Shown in pieces: positions 36,301-42,526 of a stretch of 42,526 nt of DNA. The DNA is taken from positions 1-42,526 of the IMG/VR virus record IMGVR_UViG_3300037424_000599, one strand, 5' to 3'. Source of the DNA: a virus (taxonomy: Duplodnaviria; Caudoviricetes). The translations under genes were made by a program, and so were the position numbers. How positions within the stretch are numbered: position 1 is the first letter of the stretch; every line of letters begins with the position of its first letter. The notes under the pieces are model-generated. The model was not told where the DNA came from, made no database searches, and worked only from the letters and a program-made list of their open reading frames with translations.

Positions 36301-38292
36301 GAGCGTGACACCGACCTGTCGATCCAGCAGGTGTTCGACCTGACCCGCAGGCAGGGGATCAAACTCACCCAGTCCGAGATCGAGAAGCTCTCTCGCGCGC
36401 TGCTGTCCGCGGACTCCATTCGCCGCAACCGCCTGATGCGTCGGCAGAACATCCCCGGCTATTCACGCGACGGCTGGCGGGTGCTGAACGAGTTCGTCAC
36501 GGGGATGGCGGGTCGCATCGCTCATGCAGAGTTCTCCCCGGCGGTGAACGCCGCGCTTGACGGCCGGCCGGTGGAAGCTGGGATCGACGAGGCGGGGGCA
36601 CCAGCAGTCAAGATCGACATGGAGCGCGACCTGTGGGCGGAGGACGGTGCCAAGTCCGGGTTCTACCGCGACCTCGCCGACAAGCGGGCAGACATGGTGC
36701 TCACCCCACAGGACAGTTCTGTACTCTCCACACGCCTGAAGGCCGCGGCCATGTCGTTCTTCATCGGCGGGTCGCTGGGCGGGGGGGTGGTGCAGATGTT
36801 CGCCGTGCCGTTGAACGCACTGCCCTACCTGTCGCAGCACACGCCCTACGGCAACGCCTTCTCAACCACGCTGGCGTCGTGGCAGTACACGTTGCGCAAG
36901 TCAATCCCGCTGCGCGACATCAACACGCTGCGCGATCTGGACAAGCCGATCGAGGGGCTGACCCCCGAACTGCGCCAAGCCCTGATCGCCGCGCACCGCG
37001 ACGGCACGACCGCGTCGACCGAGATTCATCAGATCATGGGCATCAGCCGGGGGAGCATGCTGTCGCAGTCGCGCACGGTGCAGCGTGCGATGGAGGTGTG
37101 GATGGCCCCCTTCAAGTTCGGCGAGAACACCAGCCGGATCGCGAGTTTTATCGCGGCGTGGCGCATCGCTACCGAGGGCGACGGCGTGGCGTTGAAGCAG
37201 GCCGATGGAACCTACGCAGCGCCCCGGCGGCTTGGCGGGAAGGAACTGTATGACTTCGCCAAGAACGCGGTGGACGAGACGAACAACCGGTACGACCCGG
37301 TCAACCGCCCGGCTATCGCCAGTCACCCGATCGGCTCCCTTCTTTTTATGTTCAAGTCCTTCCCGCTGTTCATGGTGGAGATGATCGAGACGATGTACAA
37401 GCAGAACCCGAAGTCAGCGGTGTACGCGCTGGCCGGGCTCGTGGCGCTGACCGGGGTGCAGGGTTTGCCGTTCGCCGAGGACATCATGGATTTGATCGAC
37501 GTGATCTCCCAGAAGGTGTTCGGCTCGCCGTTTCAGGTCAAGCGGGCGATGCGCAACATCATCAAGGATGCGAGCAAAGCGATGGTCGGGGTCGATCTGT
37601 CGAACCTGTTCTTGCGCGGGTTGATCAACGACTGGATGAACGCCAACATGGCTACGCGCGTCGGCATGGGCGACATGCTCCCCGGCACCCGCCTTGGCGC
37701 GGCCGACACGGACTACGCCCGGTTGGCAGAACAGCTTCTGGGCGCCCCGATCTCGATGGTCGTGTCCGTAGGCGGGCAGATCCCCAACCTCGTCGGCGGG
37801 GTGCTGAAGGGCGACTTCGATCAGGTCATGGCCGCGCTGCGGGCCGGCGGGCCGGTCGCCGTTCGGAACGCGATCAAGGGGTACGAGCAGTTCGAGAGCG
37901 GGTTCGCGCAGGACGCCCGCGGTAACAACGTCACGGATGTCTCTGGCATGTCGGCGTTGTTTCAGGCGATGGGGGTGTCATCCGGCGTGGTCAGTAAGAT
38001 GTACGACATGGACTCGCTCGATAAGCAGCGCAACGCCTTCTACAGTCAGGCGGGTGCAGAGTTGCAGAACCAACTGGTGCGTGCCTTGCGCGAAGGCGAC
38101 AGCGATAAGGTGCGGGAGATATACGAAGCCCGGGCGGCATGGAACGATGCGAACCCAGAGATGCGAATGATGCCCAACCCGGCGGCGACGCGGCGTGCGA
38201 TCATGCTGGCGGGGCTCCCACTGAACGCCCGGACACTGGCCCTGATGCCTCGTGCGCTGCGGGGTAGCAGCATCGCGGGTGAAGTGGAATAA
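30400..38292 (+). CDS. Large polyvalent / DNA-ejection protein (2630 aa) with zincin HExxH and PLxRFG domain
   Basis: HEGYH at 33292, IEEIQSDW at 34441, PLRRFG at 36100, N-terminal hydrophobic Gly/Ala helices. Confidence 0.85.
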   Translation: MAEPLTFGPPIGDVLIDNLVEPPAQPGAFKRGLGAGMAGVKSSLYGAGALAARGAANILPDAVAPVAQDLEQAALENVAAQNEIAASQSMRVEDVVEDPSRAWEFAKWGVGSAVPSLALMAIGGIAGRGLGALAGRAMAPAAAATAKTAGMYTGAVVPDVAVEAGSIYPEALESGVEDPATRALVGGAAAGAVDFIALPPALRALLPAARKIGKGGVGAVVSEVARRAPKVSALEGAQELTQTFIERAAAGQALDTPEAISGYINSATIGALAGGTLGGAAGVFHGARGDVQDTGPSTNREQALDVNVPDLGTNVPDLGTPIPPVTPEEQFASLTAEHATATEQLATLEPALAQAQAAHDEAVARRDALTAENVAAKDTAPGTRRARNVILAEKKAAQKAVESTKAALEAAGGSVFAARSAVADIGAKLAGFESSLQNEGTSEQVPPVSDPAAEAIAAATEAPTDVAPAVQPAPESSVPDTVAALDTHALAKEAIASRQPGVTPDQAIASLNLGDVEHAAVQEKFRSEAVQKAQAYLQQQGAVNLPPTETELRQGRIAAATAEDIATLVKVKVDSQVKGSKRKVNVAKTTAKLTETVNSEVERAMRLPSSTATKAEAAKRWVFKAVRGSMLKEDAETLAAGIAGKIESGELRSGRETVTPSSDTSVGQNVAGEVLYDRPDGSRYRMHAGRPTFGGDLAVSGETGTQFSKGAVTTPVSPVERAEWSNLEQGAIEGKLTQHQYEKLLWFRTRDSESRMPRFKQTQLSKGAMGPGVSIKPSLMKEQSTTDVRAGYASFFKNPVHLAGDGLDGMHISGFSDPVTKTTFHGYDKNGERFTIRAALLKPENIVSSRDSNRTANSLRDAVVAHQEQITARESRAALTPDEFDNLPEPAKFAAVEEFNRAWRARGTELRNRIKEMLGDRSGLIMKTFMATPGSPIGSFTRVDTAKAVISMALNAKDELSIADHEGYHAAESLILKDAEVQIITNALKPSRPIRQQLVQKLQQYDRENGTTLTDEVTAIPAEARAYAYEFWRRGELQAEGPLLRAWQKLQQFFERIANLVRGLGFTSMEDIFTALDRGQFAERETNNGGAEAVLASESNQQGWYYSALTKAIDVLPTKAASVQGWKDQIKGLVAKGAVKQVELDAVGLNEFLDLQQGKVTKDQVLAFLGENGVRVEETVLGETAAAERAGRGMAEAQGHVWDDLSQADQRRYIRTAGGESIAARPEGTPKFASYQLPGGQNYRELLLRLPPQDQAKQELHPDEVEITEPRNKDIWVATAGRHQINVLRRDAPTVFEAQILAARVLSRMENRSPNNEFRSSHFDQPNILAHIRFNERTDAEGKRVLFIEEIQSDWAQKGKKEGFVDSDAAKTLNVELLKYGVVLDENTSVHKLTDAGVPVELRNRWYEVNMKAGTIPTAPFVTSTPAWVALSLKRMIRYAAENGFDKVAWTTGEQQFERYGSELIAWERQKGASVPTWKVHASEQHGGNAGGIDIEGEARARGILKEERGVQVLSKGDLRAQVSRVLSRENNQQAIDKVTDRVWERMQKEDAGTSLPRREGMKKFYDEMVPNITNDVLRKLGGGKVGTVDISLDHDASANEQREWNESVVRSILGQGGEVYLVNQHGQETGVSNPVELNAEINDNGTPRAYILGDKQGKRIQPAFTLTPELADRAAAGIPLFSRGATADLPPALAIPAMREMTARFQAGELEQDQYFAAVTRMMDEAKSELPATRDMVKALGTESVGAFQRARTYISTGNYIGKSSKGYKNALGALAAQERFKERLVVDGSEIGMSAWHAATQDDRITTFDALLKRTIGGFLKGSKEFNDLYTPLNPAQRKMFEQVAGTANEEGIIAKFLRMEFDAETKRFREYMTPKEFESWQTERGASVQGLIDNGYVPLRRFGDHTVRVLVDVALPDGSTKSVTVALEGHESGAGAARSLLQYQDEIKRTGAAIRVEQGIRHSAERDTDLSIQQVFDLTRRQGIKLTQSEIEKLSRALLSADSIRRNRLMRRQNIPGYSRDGWRVLNEFVTGMAGRIAHAEFSPAVNAALDGRPVEAGIDEAGAPAVKIDMERDLWAEDGAKSGFYRDLADKRADMVLTPQDSSVLSTRLKAAAMSFFIGGSLGGGVVQMFAVPLNALPYLSQHTPYGNAFSTTLASWQYTLRKSIPLRDINTLRDLDKPIEGLTPELRQALIAAHRDGTTASTEIHQIMGISRGSMLSQSRTVQRAMEVWMAPFKFGENTSRIASFIAAWRIATEGDGVALKQADGTYAAPRRLGGKELYDFAKNAVDETNNRYDPVNRPAIASHPIGSLLFMFKSFPLFMVEMIETMYKQNPKSAVYALAGLVALTGVQGLPFAEDIMDLIDVISQKVFGSPFQVKRAMRNIIKDASKAMVGVDLSNLFLRGLINDWMNANMATRVGMGDMLPGTRLGAADTDYARLAEQLLGAPISMVVSVGGQIPNLVGGVLKGDFDQVMAALRAGGPVAVRNAIKGYEQFESGFAQDARGNNVTDVSGMSALFQAMGVSSGVVSKMYDMDSLDKQRNAFYSQAGAELQNQLVRALREGDSDKVREIYEARAAWNDANPEMRMMPNPAATRRAIMLAGLPLNARTLALMPRALRGSSIAGEVE

Positions 38293-38322
38293 ATGTTATA
38301 ATACAATGAAGGGCCTATCGCT

Positions 38323-38913
38323 ATGACCGACATCGTTATTCGTAAAGGTGAGACCTTCTCTCGCATCCTGCGCTGGGAGTCGGCGCCGTTCGTTTATTCT
38401 GCGATCACGGCCATCACGAAGGCCGCGCCGGTTGCCATCACATCCACGGCACACGGACTCAAGGCGGGTTGGCGAGCCGCGGTGACGGGCGTTCAGGGCA
38501 TGCGGCAGATCAACAGTAAGTCGTGGCCTCCGCGTTCGTCCGACTTCCATAAGGTAACGCTGACCGACGAGAACATTATCACGTTCAACGACGTGGATAG
38601 CTCCAATTACACCGCGTACACCAGCGGGGGCTTCTTGGTCAGTTACACCCCGGTTTCCCTCGCGTCGTTCACAGCGCGCATGCAAATCCGCGCAACCGCC
38701 GACGCGACGGACACGCTGGAGTCTCTGACTTCGTCCGCTGGCATCACGCTAGATGATACCGAGCACACCGTCACGATCACGATCTCGGCCACGGACACTG
38801 CCGCCTACGACTTCACGAGTGGGGTCTACGACCTCGAACTCGTGTCGGATGGCGGCGTCGTGACCCGGCTGCTTGAGGGCAACGTAACGGTACTCCCAGA
38901 GGTCACACGGTAA
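38323..38913 (+). CDS. Virion/fibre-attachment protein with FCCH-like beta insert
   Basis: ITAITKAAP..HGL..GMRQIN insert; ARMQIR..YDLEL..RLLEG frame. Confidence 0.7.
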   Translation: MTDIVIRKGETFSRILRWESAPFVYSAITAITKAAPVAITSTAHGLKAGWRAAVTGVQGMRQINSKSWPPRSSDFHKVTLTDENIITFNDVDSSNYTAYTSGGFLVSYTPVSLASFTARMQIRATADATDTLESLTSSAGITLDDTEHTVTITISATDTAAYDFTSGVYDLELVSDGGVVTRLLEGNVTVLPEVTR

Positions 38914-39500
38914 TGAGTGAAGAACTACAGGTCGTAACAGTCCCCGATCCCGGCGTTGTGGCGGTGCCGCAGCCGGATATCGACGTTGTTACTACCGAAG
39001 CCACGCAGCCGGTAGTAGTTGAGTCGCCCGCCATCGACGTGGTGACGATCGACGACGAGGACCACATCGTCGACCAAGTGCGGGACATCCAGATCGTGAC
39101 GGTGGGGGAGCAAGGCCCGCCCGGCGCGACCGGGGCTGATGGGTCAGATGGCAACTCCAATATCACCAAGACGGCGGGGGTGTCACTTGGCGGGCACCGC
39201 GCTGTGGTGCTGAACAGTTCGGGCGAGGCGATCTACGCCGACAGCAGCATCCTGACTCACCGCGATAAGGTGCTCGGCGTCACTACAGGCGCGGCGAGTG
39301 CGACGGCAGACGCTACGATCCGCACGTATGGTGAGCTAGTCGAGCCTTCATGGACATGGACTCTGGATGAGCCGGTGTTCCTCGGCCTGACAGGGCTCCT
39401 GACGCAGACGGTGCCGACCAGCGGGTTCGTGCAGCGCATCGGGTTCCCGTTGACCGCGACGAGTTTGTTCATTGATGTTGACGATGCGGTAACGCTTTAA
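38913..39500 (+). CDS. Virion protein with short collagen-like motif
   Basis: GEQGPPGATGADG; LGGHRAV..WTW..PVFLG. Confidence 0.7.
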   Translation: MSEELQVVTVPDPGVVAVPQPDIDVVTTEATQPVVVESPAIDVVTIDDEDHIVDQVRDIQIVTVGEQGPPGATGADGSDGNSNITKTAGVSLGGHRAVVLNSSGEAIYADSSILTHRDKVLGVTTGAASATADATIRTYGELVEPSWTWTLDEPVFLGLTGLLTQTVPTSGFVQRIGFPLTATSLFIDVDDAVTL

Positions 39501-39510
39501 GGAGCAGAAC

Positions 39511-40026
39511 ATGGCAGCGAAAACTTTTCTCAGATTGGTGGCGGGGCGCAAGACCGAGATCGCAGGCGTCGTTACTTCTGCTGGTGCAGGCAACGACGGC
39601 GACATCCCTGCGCTCGATTCCACAGGACGCCTTGATACCACGGTCATGCCGATCGGCGTTGTGGCCGATAACAAGTCCATCGTATCGTCGGAGAGTCTGT
39701 CTGCGGGGAACTTCGTCAACGTGTGGGATGACGGGGGCACGATCAAGGTACGTAAAGCTGACGCAACGGCGGCGGGTAAGGAGGCCGACGGCTTCGTTCT
39801 CGCAGGCGTAACTGCGCCAGCCGCCGCGCTGGTGTACTTCGAAGGCACCAACACTCAACTGACATCTTTGACGCTTGGTGCCAGGTATTACCTCGATACG
39901 ACCGCTGGTGCCGTGGTAGCGACAACCCCGCCGTCTGGGTCAGGGAATGTCGTGCAGTACATCGGTCGGGCGGTCAGTACCACGGAACTCACGTTCGAGC
40001 CGGACGATGGCGTCGTTCTGGTGTAA
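39511..40026 (+). CDS. Virion decoration/fibre protein
   Basis: SAGAGNDGDIPALDSTGRLD, RKADA..EADGFV. Confidence 0.7.
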   Translation: MAAKTFLRLVAGRKTEIAGVVTSAGAGNDGDIPALDSTGRLDTTVMPIGVVADNKSIVSSESLSAGNFVNVWDDGGTIKVRKADATAAGKEADGFVLAGVTAPAAALVYFEGTNTQLTSLTLGARYYLDTTAGAVVATTPPSGSGNVVQYIGRAVSTTELTFEPDDGVVLV

Positions 40027-40028
40027 TC

Positions 40029-40235
40029 ATGACCGCCCGGAAGCCCCTCGTCATTGTCACAGGTCGCAAGCAGGAGATACCTGTCGGAGACATTTTTGAC
40101 GTGCCGGCGGTGCAGAAAATGTCAGTAGCAACCGGCGAGACCCTGACCATCCCGGCAGGGTACTGCTACGTTACATCAGGCCCCTTTGATGCAGAAGGAA
40201 CCGTTGACGCCGAGGGCGTCTTGGAGATACTTTAA
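40029..40235 (+). CDS. Small fibre-associated protein
   Basis: MTARKPLV..LTIPAG. Confidence 0.6.
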   Translation: MTARKPLVIVTGRKQEIPVGDIFDVPAVQKMSVATGETLTIPAGYCYVTSGPFDAEGTVDAEGVLEIL

Positions 40236-40909
40236 TGGCGTCTAAACTTACACTGCACGGATCGACAAGCGGAAGCCTTGATGTAGTCGCTCCGGCTGAA
40301 GCTACCGGAACGATGACGCTGCCGCCAGCTAGTGCAGTACTCTCCGGTTCTACCGCTGCCCTCGTCTCAGGAAGGATGCCCCGCGCCTCTACCGGCGGCC
40401 TTCTGATCGACGACGCCAACAGCCCGACGTGCGATGCGAGCGGGAATGTGGCGTTCAAAGCCAGAGTTACCGCTGTGGCACAGCCCGCATTCTTGGCATA
40501 TCTGAGTTCCAGCGTGTCAAACGTAACGGGCGCCGGTTCGGCGGCGACGATCTCGTTCGACACAGAGGTATTCGACCAAGCATCTAATTTCGCGTCGAAT
40601 ACGTTCACTGCGCCCGTTGCTGGAAAATATTGGCTATCCGCGCAGGTGCGATTCTCCGGTTTAACAACTGCGATGACATCGTTAATATTGCGAATCATTA
40701 CGTCGAACAGAACCTATCAGACCAGCAGGATAAATTCGTCAACTAATCAAACCGCTGACACGCTCGACATTTCCGTGCTTGCGGAAATGGGCGCAGGTGA
40801 CACGGCCTACGTGGTCTTAACGATCTCGAATGGTGCTGGGGATGTGGTCGATATCATTGGGAACGCGACGTTTCTCGGCACATATTTTGGCGGTCATCTC
40901 GCGTGTTAA
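40235..40909 (+). CDS. Fibre protein with C-terminal C1q-like domain
   Basis: QPAFLAY..ISFDTEVFD..FTAPVAGKY..GDT..TYFGGHL. Confidence 0.75.
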   Translation: MASKLTLHGSTSGSLDVVAPAEATGTMTLPPASAVLSGSTAALVSGRMPRASTGGLLIDDANSPTCDASGNVAFKARVTAVAQPAFLAYLSSSVSNVTGAGSAATISFDTEVFDQASNFASNTFTAPVAGKYWLSAQVRFSGLTTAMTSLILRIITSNRTYQTSRINSSTNQTADTLDISVLAEMGAGDTAYVVLTISNGAGDVVDIIGNATFLGTYFGGHLAC

Positions 40910-40913
40910 AACG

Positions 40914-41105
40914 ATGAACCTAGACGCAGATGCAATGCTGAAAGAATCCGCCGACTGTGCGGCAGAGATAGCTGCTGCATTTACGAGCAAGCGCGTGCTG
41001 CAAGCCGGGCAACTCGCGGCTGCGTCGAAGCTGCTTGCCGAAGCGCAGAAGGAAATCGAGGAACTGAAAAAGCAGTTGGCAGACAAGGAACCGAAAGATG
41101 AATGA
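40914..41105 (+). CDS. Small coiled-coil protein (possible fibre chaperone)
   Basis: Heptad pattern; follows fibre gene. Confidence 0.5.
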   Translation: MNLDADAMLKESADCAAEIAAAFTSKRVLQAGQLAAASKLLAEAQKEIEELKKQLADKEPKDE

Positions 41106-41427
41106 CATCCTACGCGCCCCGCTCGACGCCGGGCTGCTGTACCCGCAAATCTGGCTAGCGGCTGCGTTGCTGGCGCTGAAGCTGTTCGACTGGTGGAGCA
41201 CCCATTACATCGTTGTCAGGAAAGGCGGGACGGAAACGATGTCGCTCGCCCGCTGGCTGATAGGCAAGCTCGGGCCGCAGCTCGGCTTGGCCGCAGACTT
41301 CGCGCTCGTCGCCATTGCAGGCTGGATCATGTACCCGCTGGAATGGTATCTGCTCGCTGGCGTTGTTATCTGGTACGCATACTGGATGTCGTTGCAGTGG
41401 GGCGAGGTGGAAGATAGTAAACAATAA
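41098..41427 (+). CDS. Multi-TM membrane protein (DUF5658-like)
   Basis: LFDWWST..G.E..LARW; three hydrophobic segments. Confidence 0.6.
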   Translation: MNDILRAPLDAGLLYPQIWLAAALLALKLFDWWSTHYIVVRKGGTETMSLARWLIGKLGPQLGLAADFALVAIAGWIMYPLEWYLLAGVVIWYAYWMSLQWGEVEDSKQ

Positions 41428-41442
41428 TCGAAAGGAGCAGTC

Positions 41443-41685
41443 ATGGAACCACAGGTCTTGTTCAACGCAGCTATCGGGATAATCTGCCTTCTGGGTGGCG
41501 CCATGCTGAGGTCAATTTATGATGCCGTCAAGGAACTGAGGCACTCGGACGGCGAGATCCACGACCGCATAAACGCCATGCCAAGTATATACATGCGCCG
41601 CGACGACTTTGTGTCGTTCGGTAGCCGGATCGAAGCAACGCTGATCCGAATTGAATCCAAGCTGGATGGGAAGGCAGACAAATGA
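41443..41685 (+). CDS. Lysis-module single-TM coiled-coil protein
   Basis: N-terminal TM; YMRRDDF..RIESKLD; AAGGAG RBS. Confidence 0.7.
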   Translation: MEPQVLFNAAIGIICLLGGAMLRSIYDAVKELRHSDGEIHDRINAMPSIYMRRDDFVSFGSRIEATLIRIESKLDGKADK

Positions 41686-41759
41686 CAGTGCGAAAGATCA
41701 ATCACACGGCGTTGATCGTTTTGTTCATCCTTATTCTTTTGTTTGCAGTATCGCATTAA
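41682..41759 (+). CDS. 25-aa single-TM peptide (MTVRKINHTALIVLFILILLFAVSH)
   Basis: Translated by hand; ATGA overlap. Confidence 0.55.
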   Translation: MTVRKINHTALIVLFILILLFAVSH

Positions 41760-41772
41760 GGAGGATAGACAA

Positions 41773-42114
41773 ATGACTCTAGGTAATAAGCAACGGAAAT
41801 TCACCCGGATGGTAGCAGACCTGATCATCTGGGCCTACGAGCACGGCTACGAACTCACGTTCGGCGACGCCTACCGCGACCCACGGCTGCACGGCCAGAT
41901 GGGCGCCCCCGGCGGATATGGTAAGAAAGCATCGTGTCACAAGATCCGTTTGGCAGTTGACCTCAACCTGTTCAAGGACGGGGTGTACATGCAAGCCACC
42001 GAGGACCATGCCCCGTTGGGTGAATACTGGGAGTCGATCGGCGGGAGTTGGGGCGGTCGGTTTGGCTCGGGTGATGGAAATCACTACTCACTCGAACATG
42101 AGGGGAAACGATAA
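41773..42114 (+). CDS. Endolysin, M15-family peptidase
   Basis: AYR, SCH..LAVDL, WGG, DGNHYS motifs; GGAGG RBS. Confidence 0.88.
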   Translation: MTLGNKQRKFTRMVADLIIWAYEHGYELTFGDAYRDPRLHGQMGAPGGYGKKASCHKIRLAVDLNLFKDGVYMQATEDHAPLGEYWESIGGSWGGRFGSGDGNHYSLEHEGKR

Positions 42115-42526
42115 TGGACTGGATGAAAGCACTACCTGCAATCGGATCGTTTCTCGGCGGCCCGGCCGGCGGGCTGGTTGGCAGCGGTATAGAATGGCTT
42201 GCCGGGAAGTTCGGCGCCTCGGACAAGACCGTGGAAGGCATCAAGCAGACGCTGTCAGGTATGACCTCAGAGCAGTTGATGGAAGCCAAGAAGATCGATA
42301 TCGAGTTCCAAAAGTTCGCCATGGAGAACGGCATCAAGCTGCAACTCGCGCAGATTGATGTGAACAGGGAGCAGGCCAAGAGCGGCTCTTTATTTATTGC
42401 TGGCCCCCGCCCCGCCGCTATGTGGGTTGGCGTGTTCGGCCTCGCATACGCTTCCATAGTAGAGCCCATCATGCGATTCATCGCTACGGTTGGATTTGAG
42501 TACGCCGGCGACTTCCCAGTGCTTGA
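42114..42526 (+). CDS. Holin (GTA-type 3TM family), truncated by window end
   Basis: Translated by hand: MDWMKALPAIGSFLGGPAGG...QIDVNREQAKSGSLFIAGPRPAAMWV. Confidence 0.78.
   Translation, partial: MDWMKALPAIGSFLGGPAGGLVGSGIEWLAGKFGASDKTVEGIKQTLSGMTSEQLMEAKKIDIEFQKFAMENGIKLQLAQIDVNREQAKSGSLFIAGPRPAAMWVGVFGLAYASIVEPIMRFIATVGFEYAGDFPVL

Larger units (their letters stand above)
1579..42526. mobile_element. Tailed phage/prophage genome segment (podovirus-like, N4-gp56-type capsid)
   Basis: Gene order terminase-portal-scaffold-capsid-adaptor-tail-ejection-lysis; dense overlapping small genes; no host housekeeping genes. Confidence 0.95.

Noticed and set aside
30400-38292. N4-like virion RNA polymerase
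   Set aside because: No single-subunit RNAP motifs recognised; PLxRFG and HExxH indicate a polyvalent protein
38323-40909. Diversity-generating retroelement targeting fibre tips
   Set aside because: No reverse transcriptase and no template/variable repeat pair seen in this window
1-42526. tRNA genes or stop-codon recoding
   Set aside because: No cloverleaf or T-loop pattern noticed in intergenic gaps; genes are intact under the standard code and use all three stops

Overview
The window is a large part of a dsDNA tailed phage genome (Caudoviricetes, most likely short-tailed, probably infecting a GC-rich proteobacterium). Positions 1-1570 hold a foreign-looking patch: a repeat/IHF-site cluster and a lower-GC membrane-protein gene on the opposite strand. 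Positions 1579-6741 are a minus-strand array of small, translationally coupled early-type genes, with a pair of sigma-54-like promoters. Positions 6790-7680 are an AT-rich control/origin/packaging region. Positions 7681-42526 are one plus-strand late block: small and large terminase, portal, scaffold, head fibre, N4-gp56-type major capsid, adaptor, tail proteins, ejection proteins including a 2630-aa polyvalent protein, fibre proteins and lysis genes. No replication, integrase, tRNA or CRISPR features were seen. The most unusual signals are: (1) tail proteins carrying nested foreign domains, namely a Gly-rich plus FecR cassette in a split or frameshifted tail gene and a 7-bladed propeller inside a SPRY domain; (2) a polyvalent protein with a zincin HExxH motif and recurring (F/L)S(K/R)GA linkers; (3) back-to-back sigma-54 motifs; (4) a 10-bp junction repeat bounding early genes; (5) several unannotated tiny membrane peptides, one flanked by an 11-bp duplication. 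All family assignments come from motif recognition by eye, not database searches.
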